This document shows, one piece after another, positions 25,436-39,174 of a stretch of DNA of 64,000 bases (positions are counted from its first letter, which is position 1; every line of letters starts with the position of its first letter). The notes beneath the pieces are model-generated. The model saw nothing but the letters and a program-made list of their open reading frames with translations, was not told where the DNA came from and did not search any database. The DNA lies in assembly GCA_030390025.1 (NCBI GenBank), contig CM059452.1, positions 8,990,001 through 9,054,000 of the forward strand, written 5' to 3'. The translations under genes were made by a program, and so were the position numbers. Source of the stretch: Squalus acanthias (Eukaryota).

Positions 25436-26830
25436 TTTCCCTTTCATAAAACCATGCTGACTCTGCTTGACTGCATTATGATTTTCCAAATGCCCTGCTA
25501 CTGCTTCCTTAATGAAGGACTCCAGCATTTTCCCAACGACAGATGTTAGGCTAACTGGTCTATAATTTCCTGCTTTCAGTATTCCTCCTTTCTTAAATAG
25601 GGGCGTTACATTTGCGGTTTTACAATCCGCTGGGACCTCTCCAGAGTCCAGGGAATTTTGGTAAATTGCAACCAATGCATCCACTGTCTCTGCAGCCACT
25701 TCTTTTAAGACCCTGGGATGCAGGCCAGCTGGTCCAGGGGACTTGTCATCTTTTAGTCCCATTATTTTACCAAGTACTTTTTCCTCAGTGATAGTGATTG
25801 TCTTTAGTTCCCCCCTCCATGTGGCCCCTTGATTATCCATTATTGGGATGTTGTTAGTGTCTTCCACAGTGAAGACAGATACAAAATATTTGTTCAGAGT
25901 CTCTGCCATTTCCCCGTTCCCCATTGTTAATTCCCCAGTCTCATCCTCTAAGAGACCAACGTTTACTTTAGCTACTCTCTTCCTTTTTATATACCTGTAG
26001 AAGCTCTTACTATCTGTTTTAATATTTCTTGCCGGTTTACTCTCATAATTCATCTTCTATCTCTTTATTTTTTTTTACTAATCCTTTGCTGGTTATTAAA
26101 AAATTCCCAATCCTCTGGCCTCCCACCAATCTTGGCAACATTGTATGCCTTCGTTTTCAATTTGATACTATCCTTTACTTCCTTGGTTTGCCACGGCTGG
26201 TGCTCCCTTCTCTTAAAATCTTTCTTTCTCACTGGAATGTATTTTTGTTGAGAGTTATGAAATATCTCCTTAAATGTCCGCCACTGCATTTCAACTGTCT
26301 TACCCTTTTTTTTCCAGTCCACTTTAGCCAGTTCTGCCCTCATGCCATTGTAATTGCCTTTGTTTAAGATCAGGACATTGGTTTGAGAGACAACTTTCTC
26401 ACCCTCCAACTGAATTTGAAATTCAACCATGCTGTGATCACTCTTTCCTAGAGGATCCTTTACTATGAGATCATTTATTAATTCTGTCTCATTACACAGT
26501 ACCAAATCAAAGATAGCCTGCCCCCGGGTTGGTTCCATTACATACTGTTCTAGGAAACCATCCCGGATACACTCTGTGAACTCCTCCTTAAGGCTACCAT
26601 GGCCACTTTGATTTATCCAATCAATATGGAGATTAAAATCACCCATGATTATTACCGTACCTTTTTTACAGGCCTCTATTATTTGTTGATTTATACTCTG
26701 TCCAGCAGTATTGCTACTGTTCGGGGACCTGTAAACTACGCCAACAAGAGACTTTTTCCCCTTATTATTTTTTATCTCCACCCAAACCGATTCTACATCT
26801 TGATCTTCTGAGCCAATATCACTTCTCAAT
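25436..26830 (-). mobile_element. CR1 LINE ORF2 fragment
   Basis: ORFs 26065-26829 (GDFN, SDHS) and 25382-26053 (NYRPVSLTS, QHGFMKGK). Confidence 0.9.
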
Positions 26831-29800
26831 AGAGCAAATTAGCAGTGGGGAAATTAAAAACCAGAGCGTGTCAGGAAGGGACAGAATATATAAAGGTAAA
26901 TTAGTACAGGGGGTAAAAGCAGGAATAAATTGTCACAAAACATGTTTAAAAGTTCTTTATCTGAATGCACGCAGCATTCGTAACAAAATAGACGAGTTGA
27001 CGGTACAAATAACTACACATGGGTATGATCTGGTGGCCATTACAGAAACATGGCTGCGAGATGACCATGACTGGGAACTAAACATCCAGGGGTATTTGAC
27101 TATTAGGAAGGACAGACAGGAAGGAAAGGGAGGTGGGGTGGCTAAGTTAATAAAGGATGGAATCACTGCAATAGTGAGAAATGATATTGGTTCAAAGGAT
27201 CAGGATAGTGAAACAGTTTGGGTGGAGATAAGGAATAATAAGGGGAAAAAGTCACGAGTGGGCGTAGTCTTTGGCCTCCTAACAGTTGTAACTCTATTGG
27301 TCGGAGTATAAATCAGGAAATAGTTGGGGCTTGTAATAAGGGAACAGCTATAATCATGGGAGATTTTAACTTTCATATTGACTGGACAAATCAAATTGGG
27401 CAGGGCAGCCTTGAGGAAGAGTTCATAGAGTGCATTAGGGACGGGTTCCTTGAGCAGTATGTTACTGAACCAACCAGGGGGCAGGCAATCTTAGATCTGG
27501 TCCTGTGTAATGAGACAGGATTAATTAAAAATGTTCTCGTAAAGGATCCCCTTGGAATGAGTGACCATAACATGGTTGAATTCCAAATTCAGTTGAAGGG
27601 TGAGAGAGTTGGATCTCAAACCAGCGTACTAAGCTTAAATAAAGGAGACTATGAAGGTATGAGAGCAGAGTTGACTAAAGTGGACTGGGAAAATAGATTA
27701 AGGTGTAAGACGGTACAGGAGCAGTGGTGTACATTCAAGGAGGTATTTCACAACTTTCAAGTAAAATATATTCCACTGAGGAAAAAGGGGCGTAAAAGAA
27801 AAGACAGCCATCCATGGCTAAGTAAAGTAATAAAGGATAGTATCCGACTGAAAACAAGGGCATATAAAGTAGCCAAATCTACTGGGAGGATAGAAGATTG
27901 GGAAGCATTTAAAAGCCAGCAAAGAATAACTAAAAGATTAATTAAGAAGGGGAAGATAGATTATGAAAGTAAACTAGCAAAAAATATAAAAACAGATAGC
28001 AAGAGTTTATACAGTTATATAAAAAGAAAAAGGGTGGCTAAAGTGAATGTTGGTCCCTTAGAAGACGAGACCAGGAAATTAGTAATGGGGAACACGGAGA
28101 TGGTAAATACGCTGAACAAATATTTTGTATCTGTCTTTACAGTAGAGGATACTAAAAATATCCCAACACTGGACAAACGGGGGGCTATTGGGGGGGAGGA
28201 GCTAAACACGATTAAAATCACTGAGGAGATGGTACTCGGTAAGATAATGGGACTTAAGGCGGATAAAGCCCCTGGACCTGATGGCTTACATCCTAGGGTC
28301 TTGAGAGAAGCAGCGGTAGGGATTGCGGATGCATTGGTGGTAATTTTCCAAAACTCCTTGGATTCGGGATAGGTCCCAGCAGATTGGAAAACTGCTAATG
28401 TAACGCCCTTATTTAAAAAGGGAGGGCGACAAAAGGCTGGAAACTATAGACCAGTTAGCATAACATCTGTGGTTGCTAAAATATTGGAGTCCATTATTAA
28501 GGAAGCAGTAACAGGATATTTGGATAAGCATAATTTAATCAGACAGAGTCAGCATGGTTTTATGAAGGGGAAATCATGCTTGACAAATTTGCTCGAATTC
28601 TTTGAGGACGTAACAAACAGGGTGGGTAAAGGGGAACCAGTGGATGTGGTGTATTTGGACTTCCAAAAGGCATTTGATAAGGTGCCACACAAAAGATTAC
28701 TGCACAAGATAAAAAAAATCACGGGATTGGGGGTAATATACTGGCATGGGTGGAAGATTGGCTATCTAACAGAAAACAGAGAGTTGGGATAAATGGTTCA
28801 TTCTCGGGTTGGCAATCAGTAACTAGTGGTGCTCCGCAAGGGTCAGTGCTGGGACCCCAACTCTTTACAATCTATATTAACGATTTGGAGGAGGGGACCA
28901 AGTGCAACGTATCCAAGTTTGCTGACGATACAAAGATGGGAGGAAAAGCAAAAGGACATAGACAGGTTAAATTAGTGGGCGAAAATTTGGCAGATGGAAT
29001 ATAATGTTGGAAAGTGTGAGGTTCTGCACTTTGGCAGAAAAAATCAAAGAACAAGTTATTATCTAAATGGAAAGAAGCTGCAAAGTGCTACAGTACAAAG
29101 GGATCTGGGAGTCCTGGTGCATGAAACACAGAAGGTTAGTATGCAGGTATCGCAGGTGATCAGGAAGGCCAATGGAATCTTGGCTTTTATTGCAAGGGGG
29201 ATGGAGTATAAAAGTAGGGAAGTCTTGTTTCGGTTATACAAGGTACTGGTGAGGCCTCACCTGGAATACTGCGTACAGTTTTGGTTTCCATATTTAAAAA
29301 ATGATATACTTGCTCTCGAGGCACTTCAGAGAAGGTTCACTCGGTTGATTCCGACGATGAGGGGGTTGACTTATGAGGAAAAAAAACCCAAAAAGGGTGA
29401 CTCAACCGTGGCTAACAAGGGAAATTAGGAATAGCATAAGATCCAAGGAGAGGGCATATAAAGTGGCCAGAAAAAGCGGTAGCCCTGAGGATTGGGAGCA
29501 GTTTAGGATTCAACAAAGGAGGACAAAGGGGTTAATTAAGAAGGGGAAAATAGAATATGAAAGTAAGCTTGCTGGGAACATAAAAACTGACTGTAAGAGC
29601 TTTTATAGATATGTGAAGAGAAAAAGATTAGTGAAATCAAGTGTAGGTCCCTTGCAGTCAGAAGCGGGGGAAGTTATAATGGGGAACAAAGAAATGGCAG
29701 ACCAATTAAATGCATATTTTGGTTCTGTCTTCACAAAGGAGGACACAAATAACCTCCCAGAGATGTTGGAGAACATACGGTCTGATGAAAGGGAGGAACT

Positions 29801-32580
29801 GAAAGAAATCAGTATTTGCAGAGAAATGGTGTTAGGGAAATTGACGGGATTGAAGGCCGATAAATCCCCAGGGCCTGATAATCTACATCCTAGGGTACTT
29901 AAGGAAGTGGCCCTAGAAATAGTAGATGCATTGCTGATCATCTTCCAACATTCGATGGAATCTGGAACTGTACCCATGGATTGGAGGGTAACCAATGTTA
30001 CCCCACTATTCAAAAAGGGTGGTAGAGAGAAAGCGGGGAATTACAGACCGGTAAGCCTGACATCGGTATTGGGGAAAATGCTAGAGTCCATTATAAAGGA
30101 TGTAATAGCTGAGCACTTGAAAAACAGTGACAGGATCGGTCAAAGTCAACATGGATTTACAAAAGGTAAATCGTGCTTGACTAATCTACTGGAATTTTTT
30201 GAGGATGTAACTGGTAAAATAGATAAGGGAGAACCAGTGGATGTGGTGTATTTGGACTTTCAAAAGGCTTTCGATAAGGTCCCGCATAAGAGATTAGCGT
30301 GTAAAGTTAAGGCATATGGGATTGGGGGAAAGGTATTGACTTGGATAGAGAACTGGTTGGCGGACAGAAAGCAGAGAGTAGGAATTAATGGGTCTTTTTC
30401 CAAGTGGCAAGCAGTGACCAGTGGAGTACCGCAGGGATCGGTCCTTGGACCCCAGCTACTCACAATATACATTAATGATCTAGATAAGGGAACTAAATGT
30501 AATATCTCCAAGTTTGCAGATGACACAAAACTGGGTGGGAGTGTGTGCTGCGAGGAGGATACCGAGAAACTCCAGGATGATTTGGACAGGTTGGGTGAGT
30601 GGGCAGAATCGTGGCAGATGCAATATAACGTGGATAAGTGCGAGGTTATCCATTTTGGTGTCAAAAACAGAAAGGCAGACTATTATCTGAATGGCAATAG
30701 ATTGGGAGAAGGAGAAGTGCAACGAGACCTAGGTGTCCTTGTGCACCAGTCGCTGAAAGTAAGCATGCAGGTGCAGCAGGCGGTGAAGAAGGCAAATGGT
30801 ATGTTGGCCTTCATAGCGAAAGGGTTTGAGTATAGGAACAGGGATGTCCTGCTGCAGTTGTACAGGGCCTTGGTGAGACCACACCTTGAGTGCTGTGTGC
30901 AGTTTTGGTCGTCTTATCTGAGGAAGGATGTTCTTGCCATGGAAGGAGTTCAGCGAAGATTCACAAGGCTGATACCTGGGATGGCAGGAATGACATATGA
31001 GGAGAGATTGGGTCGATTGGGCTTATACTCGCTGGAGTATAGAAGAATGAGAGGGGATCTCATCGAAACATATAAAATTCTGACAGGTCAGGACAAACTA
31101 GATGCAGGAAGAATGTTCCTGTTGGTCGGAGAGTCCAGAACCAGGGGTCATAATCTAAGGATAACGGGTAAGCCATTTAGGACAGAAATGAGGAAGAATT
31201 TCTTCACCCAGAGAGTGGTGAACCTATGGAATTCTCTACCACGGAAGGTAGTTGAGGCCAAGTCATTAAATATATTCAAGAATGAGTTAGATATATTTCT
31301 TAAAGCTAAAGGTATCAAGGGATATGGGGAGAAGGCAGGTACAGGGTACTGAGTTTGGATGATCAGCCATGATCTCATCGAATGGCGGAGCAGGATCGAG
31401 GGGCCGAATGGCCTACTCCTGCTCCTATCTTCTCTGTTTCTATGTTTCTATGAAAGGTTGAGTAGGTTGGGCCTCTACTCATTGGAATTCAGAAGAATGA
31501 GAGGCGATCTTATTGAAACATATAAGATTGTGAAGGGGTTGGATCGGGTGGATGCGGGGAGGATGTTCCCGATGACGGGTGAGACTAGAACTAGGGGACA
31601 TAGTCTTAGAATAAGGGGCTGCTCTTTCAAAACTGAGATGAGGAGGAACTACTTCACTCAGAGGGTGGTAGGTCCATGGAATATGCTGCCACAAAAAGCT
31701 GTAGAAGCTACATCATTAAATAAATTTTAAACAGAAATAGACAGTTTCCTAGAAGTAAAGGGCATTAAGGGTTACGGGGAGCGGGCAGGAATTTGGACAT
31801 GTGTCGAGGTTCGGATCGGTCATGGCCCTGTGGGTGGTGGAGCGGGCCCAGGGACCGTGTAGCCTGATTCTGCTCCTATTTCGTGTGTGCAATTCTGTCA
31901 GATGCAGGAGATGGTTCTGTGATGGATAGTAGATTGGCGGTTAGGATCAGATCAGCCATGATCTTATTGAATGGCGGAGCAGGCTCGAGGGGCCGATTGG
32001 CCTACTCCTGCTCCTATTTCTTATGTTCTTATGTTCTTATGTTCTTATATAAGATTGTGAGGGGGCTTGATCGGGTGGAGGCGGGGAGGATATTTCCACT
32101 GATGGGTGAGAAACATAGAAACATAGAAACATAGAAGATAGGAGCAGGAGTAGGCCATTCGGCCCCTCGAGCCTGCTCCGCCATTCGATGAGATCATGGC
32201 TGGTCATCTAAACTCAGTACCCTGTACCTGCCTTCTCCCCATATCCCTTGATACCTAGACTAGAACTAGGGGACATAATCTTAGAAGAAGGGGCTGCCGT
32301 TTCAAAACTGAGATGAGGATAAACTTCTTCACTCAGAGGGTAGTAAATCTTTGGAGTTTGCTACCTCAGAGAGCTGTGGAAGCTGCGACATTAAATAAAT
32401 TTAAAATGGAGATAGACAGTTTCCTAGCTGATAAGGGAATTAAGGGTTATGGGGAGCGGGCAGGGAAGTGGACGTGAGTCTAGGTTCGGATCAGCCATGA
32501 TCCTATTGAATGGCGGAGCAGGCCGAGGGGCCATATGGCCTACTCCTGCTCCTACTTCTTATGTTCTAATGTTCTTACTA
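26830..32580 (+). mobile_element. Nested CR1 LINEs: older element 26830-32045 interrupted by a younger element (about 29375-31450, open 659-aa RT ORF), plus further 3' fragments
   Basis: EN/RT motifs in successive ORFs. The host resumes at GAAAGGTTGAGTAGG after the insert. (TTCTTATG)n and (TTTCTATG)n tails. Confidence 0.92.
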
Positions 32581-35500
32581 ACTACGAAACCGTTAAAGTG
32601 ACGTCACAACCAGGGAAGGAGCTGATTGGTAAGTAGGACCTGGTGAGTATTTCTACAGTCCAGTCGTTGAAGTAAAAGTAAGGTCTCTAGTTTAGAGTAA
32701 GTAGTGTTTAAAAGGAAGTACGGTCCCTAGTGTATTTAATATTCTTAAATTTAAAGGAAGTAGAGGGAGTAAATTAAGTGTAGAACATGGCAGGGCAGCT
32801 CGGCAGCGTGGAGTGCTCCTCCTGTGCTATGTGGGAAGTCAGGGACACTTTCGGTGTCCAGGGCGAACACATGTGCAGGAAGTGTCTCCAGCTGCAGCTG
32901 CTCGAAAACAGCGTTTCGGAGCTGGAGCTGCGGCTGGAGTCACTGTGGAGCATCCGCGAAGCTGAGATCTTCATGGATAGCACGTTTAGCGAGGTGGTCA
33001 CACCGCAAGTAAAGAGTGCATAGGCAGACAGGAAATGGGTGACCACCAGACAGAGTAAAAGAACTAGGAAGGTAGTGCAGGAGTCCCCTGGGTCCATCTC
33101 CCTCTCCGACAGATTTTCCGTTTTGGACACTGCTGGGGGAGATGGTTTCTCAGGGGAATGCAGCAAGAGCCAAGTCCGTGGCACTACGAGTGGCTCAGCT
33201 GCACAGGAGGGGAGGAAAAAGAGTGGGAGAGCAATGGTGATAGGGGATTCTAACGTAAGGGGAACAGATAGACGTTTCTGTGGCCGCAGACATGACTCCA
33301 GGATGGTATGTTGCCTCCCTGGGATCAGGGTCAAGGATGTCACTGAACGGCTGCAGGGCATTCTGAAGGGGGAGAGCGAACAGTCAGAGGTCGTGGTTCA
33401 CATTGGTACCAACGACATGTGTAGAAAGAGGGATGTGGTCCTGCAACAAGAATTTAGGGAGCTAGGTAGCAGATTAAAAAGCAGGACCTCAAAGGCTGTA
33501 ATCTCTGGATTACTCTCGGTGCCACGTGCGAGTGAGTATAGGAATAGGTGGATAGAGCAGATGAATGCGTGGCTAAAGCGTTGGTGCAGGAGGGAGGGCT
33601 TTGGATTCCTGGATCACTGGGTCTGCTTCTGGGGAAGGTGGGACATGTACAAGTCGGACGGGTTGCACCTGAACCGGAACGGGACCAACATCCTTGCGGG
33701 GAGGTTTGCTAGTACTGTTGTGGTGGGTGGGGTGGGGGGGGGGGTTAAACTAACTTGGCAGGGGGATAGGATACGGAGTCGAGTTATAGTAGGGGGTGAT
33801 GCACAGCCAAATATAGAGGGAAAAACAAGTCAGCCTGGAAGGAAGAGAAAATATGTAACGGCATAAAGGAGTATGGCAAGGCTGGATGGCATTTATTTTA
33901 ATGCAAGGATTATTGCGAGTAAGGCAGAGGAATTGAAGGTGTTGATGAACACATGGGAGTATGATATTGTTGCTATCACAGAGACATGGTGAGGGAGGGG
34001 CAGGACTGGCATCTCCATATTCCGGGGTATAGAATCTTCAGGCGAGACAGAGGGGGGTGTAAAAGAGGAGGGGGTGTCGCAATATTAATCAAGGAGTCAA
34101 TTACTGCTGTAAGGAGGGATGATATCTTAGCAGGTTCCTCTCATGAAGCCATATGGGTAGAACTTAAAAACAAAAACGGGGCAAGCACTTTGCTGGGAGT
34201 GTACTATAGGCCCCCAAACAGTCAGGGGGAGATGGAGGAACAGATATGTAGGCAAACCTCAGCGAAGTGCAGAAATAATAGGGTAATAATAGTAGGGGAT
34301 TTCAACTTCCCCAATATTAACTGGAATAGTCAGAGTGTGAAAGGCTTAGAGGGTGCAGAATTCTTAAAGTGCATCCGGGAGAGCTTTTTGAGCCAGCATG
34401 TAGAAAGTCCTACAAGAGAGCGTGCAATACTGGACCTAATTCTTGGGAATGTAGCCGGGAAAGTGGTAGAAGTGTCAGTAGGAGAGCATTTTGGGGGCAG
34501 TGACCATAATTCGGTGAGTTTTAAGGTAGTTATGGAAAAGGACAAAGATGGACCGGAAATAAAGGTTCTAAATTGGGGGAAGGCCGATTTTAATATGATA
34601 ACGCAGGATCTGGCCAAAGTGGACTGGGATCAGATACTTGTAGGAAAATCCACATCAGAGCAGTGGGAGTCTTTCAGAAAGGAAATAGAGAGAGTACAAC
34701 GCCAAAATGTTCCCGTAAAGGTCAAGGGTGGAACCAACAAGCCCAGGGAACCCTGGATGTCAAGGGATATACAAGAATGGATTAGGAAAAAAATGGAGGC
34801 TTTTGGCAGATACAAAGGACTAAAAACAGTGGAAGGCCTCGAGGAGTATAGAAAGTGCAGGGGGGTACTTAAAAAAGAAATTAGGAGAGCGAAGAGGGGG
34901 CATGAAAAAACACTGGCGGGCAAAATAAAGGAAAATCCCAAGGTGTTTTATAAGTATATTAAGGGCAAGAGGATAACCAGGGAAAGAGTAGGGCCCATTA
35001 GGGACCAAAGTGGCAATCTTTGGGTAGAGCCGGAAGATGCAGGTGAGGTTTTAAATGAATATTTTGCATCTGTGTTCACTATGGAGAAGGACGATGTAGG
35101 CATATAAATCAGGCAGGGGGCTTGTGATATACTTGAACAAATTAGTATTGAGAGGGAGGAGGTACTAGCGGTTTTACTGGGCTTAAAAGTGGATAAATCC
35201 ACAGGCCAGACGAGATGTATCCCAGGCTGCTGTGTGAGGCAAGGGAGGAGATTGCAGGGGCTCTGACACAAATTTTCAGAACCTCTCTTGCCACAGTGGA
35301 GGTGCCAGAGGACTGGAGGACAGCTAACGCAGTACCATTATTCAAGAAGGGTAGTAGGGAATTACAGGCCAGTGAGCCTAACATCAGTGGTAGGGAAATT
35401 ATTGGAAAAAATTCTGAGGGACAGAATTAGTCTCCACTTGTAGAGGCAAGGATAAATCAAGAATAATCAGCATGGCTTTGTCAGGGGAGATCATGTCTAA

Positions 35501-36760
35501 CCAATTTGATTGAATTGTTTGAGGGGGTGACTAGGTGTGTGGATGAGGGTAGTGCAGTTGATGTAGTTTACATGGACTTCAGTAAGGCTTTTGACAAAGT
35601 CCCGCATGGGAGAATGGTCAAGAAGGTAAGAGCCCATGGGATCCAGGGCAATTTGGCACATTGGATCCAAAATTGGCTTAGTGGGAGGAGGCAGAGGGTG
35701 ATGGTCAAAGGTTGTTTTTGTGACTGGAAGCCTGTGTCCAGTGGTGTACCGCAGGAATCGGTGCTGGGTCCTTGCTGTTTGTAGTTTACAGTAATGATTT
35801 AGATATGAATGTAGGAGGTATGATCAGTAAGTTCGCAGATGACACGAAAATTGTTGGAGTGGTAAATAGCGAGGAGGGAAGCCTCAGGCTACAGGACGAT
35901 ATAGACAGGTTGTTTATATGGGCAGAACAGTGGCAAATGGAATTTAACCCTGAAAAGTGTGAGGTGATGCATTTTGAGTGGAATAACAATGCAAGGGAAT
36001 ACACAATGAACGGTAGGACCCTAGGAAGGACAGAGGGTCAGAGGGACCTTGGTGTGCATGTACATAGATCCCTGAAGGCAGCAGGACTGGTAGATAAGGT
36101 GGTTAAAAAGGCATATGGGATACTTGCCTTCATTAGCTGAGGCATAGAATATAAGAGCAGGGAGGTTATGATGGAGCTGTACAAAACGCGAGTTAGGCCA
36201 CAGCTGGAATACTGTGTGCAGTTCTGGTCGCCACACTATAGGAAGGATGTGATTGCATTGGAGAGCGTGCAGAGGAGATTCACCAGGATGTTACCTGGGC
36301 TGGAGCCCTTCAGCTATGAAGAGAGACTGGACAGGCTGCTGTTGTTTTCCTTACAGCAGAGAAGGCTGAGGGGGGACCTGATTGAGGTGTACAAAATTAT
36401 GAGGGGCTTGGATAGGGTAGATAGAAATAACTTTTCCCTTTCGTAGAGGTGTCAATAACCAGGGGGCATAGTTTCAAGGTAAGGGGCAGAAGGTTTAGAG
36501 GGTATTTTAGGAAAAACTTCTTCACCCAGAGGGTGGTTGGAATCTGGAACTCACTGCCTGAAAGGGTGGTAGAGGCAGGAACCCTCACAACATTCAAGAA
36601 GCATTTCGATGAGCACTTGAAACGCCATAGCATACAAGGCTACGGACCAAGTGCTGGAAAATGGGATTAGAATAGACAGGGCTTGATGGGCGCCGCGGAC
36701 ACGATGGGCCGAAGGGCCTCTTTCTGTGCTGTATAATTCTATGCATCTATGACTCTATTA
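32580..36760 (+). mobile_element. Near full-length degenerate CR1 LINE (ORF1 with zinc finger and SGNH esterase; ORF2 EN-RT)
   Basis: CSSCAMW...CRKC; IGDSNVRG...HIGTND...DGLHLN; fragmented ORF2; CTATG-type tail. Confidence 0.92.
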
Positions 36761-37320
36761 ACCCTGGCACCGGGTAGGCAATACAGCCTCCGGGACTCAC
36801 GCTCTCGGCTGCAGAGAACACTATCTATCCCCCTAACTATACTGTCCCCTATCACTACAACATTTCTTTTTACTCCCCCCACTTGAATGGCTCCCTTTAC
36901 CACGGTGCTGTGGTCAGATTGCTCATCCTCCCTGCAGTCCCTGCGCTCGTCCACACAGGGAGCAAGAATCTCGTACCTGTTGGACAAGGCCAAGGGCAGA
37001 GGCTCCTCCATCACTACCTCCTGGGTCCCAATACCTGCCTCGCTTATAGTCACACCCTCCTGTCACTGACTATGTGGCAGATTGGAAGTAATTACTCTAG
37101 TGGGTGTGACTTCCTCCTGGAACTTAGTGTCCAGGTAACGCTCCCCCTCCCTAATGTGTCGCAGTGTCTGAAGCTCGGACTCCAGCTCATCAAATCTGAG
37201 CCGAGGTTCCTCGAGCAGCCAACAGTTGCTGCAGAAGTGGTCACCGTGGACCTCAATGGTGTCCACCAGCTCCCACATGCAGCAACAACATCACATTGCC
37301 TGGTCTCCCATCTCAGTTAA
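36760..37320 (-). mobile_element. CR1 5' fragment (ORF1)
   Basis: MWELVDT...CSNCW and LSNRYEIL...VIGDSIVRG...CLPGA. Confidence 0.85.
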
Positions 37321-37350
37321 TTAATTCATTAATTTTAAAATTTGGAAGAC

Positions 37351-38706
37351 GTGCTCTGTATCACTGTGTGTCTGTAATCACCGCCATGTTAAGTATTGTG
37401 AACTCTCCCCTTGCTCTGTATCACAGTGTGTCTGTAATCCCCACCATGTTAAGGATTGTGAACTCTCTCCGTGCTCTGTATCACTGTGTGTCTGTAATCC
37501 CCACCATGTTCAGGTTTGAGAACTCTCTCCGTGCTCTGTATCACTGTGTGTCTGTAATCCCCACCATGTTCAGGTTTGTGAACTCTCTCCGTGCTCTGTA
37601 TCACTGTGTGTCTGTAATCCCCACCATGTTAAGGATTGTGAACTCTCTCCGTGCTCTGTAACACTGTGTGTCTGTAATCCCCACCATGTTAAGGATTGTG
37701 AACTCTCTCCGTGCTCTGTATCACTGTGTGTCTGTAATCACCGCCATGTTAAGTATTGTGAACTCTCCCCTTGCTCTGTATCACTGTGTGTCTGTAATCC
37801 CCACCATGTTAAGGATAGTGAACTCTCTCCGTGCTCTGTATCACAGTGTGTCTGTAATCACCACCATGTTAAGGATTGTGAACTCTCTCCGTGCTCTGTA
37901 TCACTGTGTGTCTGTAATCCCCACCATGTTCAGGTTTGTGAACTCTCTCCGTGCTCTGTATCACTGTGTGTCTGTAATCCCCACCATGTTCAGGTTTGTG
38001 AACTCTCTCCGTGCTCTGTATCACTGTGTCTGTAATCCTCCACCATGTTCAGGTTTGTGAACTCTCTCCGTGCTCTCTATCACTGTGTCTGTAATCCCCA
38101 CCATGTTCAGGTTTGTGAACTCTCTCCGTGCTCTGTATCACTGTGTGTCTGTAATCCCCACCATGTTCAGGTTTGTGAACTCTCTCCGTGCTCTGTATCA
38201 CTGTGTGTCTGTAATCCCCACCATGTTCAGGTTTGTGAACTCTCTCCGTGCTCTATATCACTGTGTGTCTGTAATCCCCACCATGTTCAGGTTTGTGAAC
38301 TCTCTCCGTGCTCTGTATCACTGTGTGCTGTAATCCCCAACATGTTCAGGTTTGTGAACTCTCTCCGTGCTCTCTATCACTGTGTGTCTGTAATCCCCAC
38401 CATGTTCAGGTTTGTGAACTCTCTCCGTGCTCTGTCACTGTGTGTCTGTAATCCCCACCATGTTCAGGTTTGTGAACTCTCTCCGTGCTCTGTATCACTG
38501 TGTGTCTGTAATCCCCAACATGTTCAGGTTTGTGAACTCTCTCCGTGCTCTCTATCACTGTGTGTCTGTAATCCCCATCGTGTTCAGGTTTGTGAACTCT
38601 CCCCTTGCTCTCTATCATTGTGTGTCTGTAATCCCCACCATGTTCAGGTTTTTGAACTCTCTCCGTGCTCTGTATCACTGTGTGTCTGTAATCCCCACCA
38701 TGTTCA
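37351..38706 (-). repeat. Tandem array of about 23 x 60-bp units derived from the adjacent V-segment RSS
   Basis: Unit CACAGTG-ATACAGAGCACGGAGAGAGT-TCACAAACC-TGAACATGGTGGGGATTACAGACA copies the RSS at 38707-38745 and its 3' flank. Confidence 0.93.
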
Positions 38707-38745
38707 GGTTTTTGTACGGCTCTCTCAGTGCTCTGTATCACTGTG
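38707..38745 (-). promoter_or_regulatory. Consensus 23-RSS of the supporting Vdelta
   Basis: CACAGTG + ATACAGAGCACTGAGAGAGCCGT (23 nt) + ACAAAAACC. Confidence 0.97.
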
Positions 38746-39042
38746 CTTTAGGTGGACTCAGTGCACAGTAATGCACAGCGGAGTCACTCAGTTGCAGTTT
38801 CGTGATGCTTAACCGGCTGATTTTCTTGGCAAGATCGACAGAAGCAGAAATTCGGCCCCCAGCAGCGTTTTCTATATTCCCCTCTCCTGAAGTGTGTCTC
38901 TGAAGCAGGTATTTTGGAGCCTGTCCTGGGGACTGACGGTACCAGTGTACTGTGTGCTGACAGATCCCTGAATATTCGCAGCTTAAAGTAACGGTGTCAC
39001 CGGCAGCAGAGGATTGTAGAGGCGCACCCTGTGACACGGAAT
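38746..39042 (-). CDS. TRDV: Leaderless NAR-TCR supporting TCR delta V segment
   Basis: CCCGCAG|AT TCC phase-1 acceptor directly at the mature N-terminus. DSVSQGAP...TLSCEYSGICQHTVHWYRQ...DSAVHYCALS with an extra CDR1 Cys. Consensus RSS, 3.2 kb downstream of a NAR-type VDJ. Confidence 0.88.
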
Positions 39043-39174
39043 CTGCGGGATTACAATGGGATATTGCTATTTATTTGGCCGCTGTTTACCGGGGACACTT
39101 GCCAATCACAAGAATAGTTCTGCCTCTCGCGGTAATGCGTTTCTTCATTTGAAGACTGTTCCAACTTTATTCAC

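Noticed and set aside
29373-31352. Long ORFs (484-659 aa) as host genes
   Set aside because: All are CR1 ORF2 endonuclease/reverse transcriptase.
38683-38706. GGTGGGGATTAC in each RSS-array unit as a TRDD-like D segment
   Set aside because: The resemblance is short, there is no 5' 12-RSS, and it is simply the V's 3' flank.
37296-38812. Repetitive ORFs in minisatellites (also 21120-21476, 41263-41878, 60065-60509)
   Set aside because: Artefacts of repeat periodicity with no splice or domain support.
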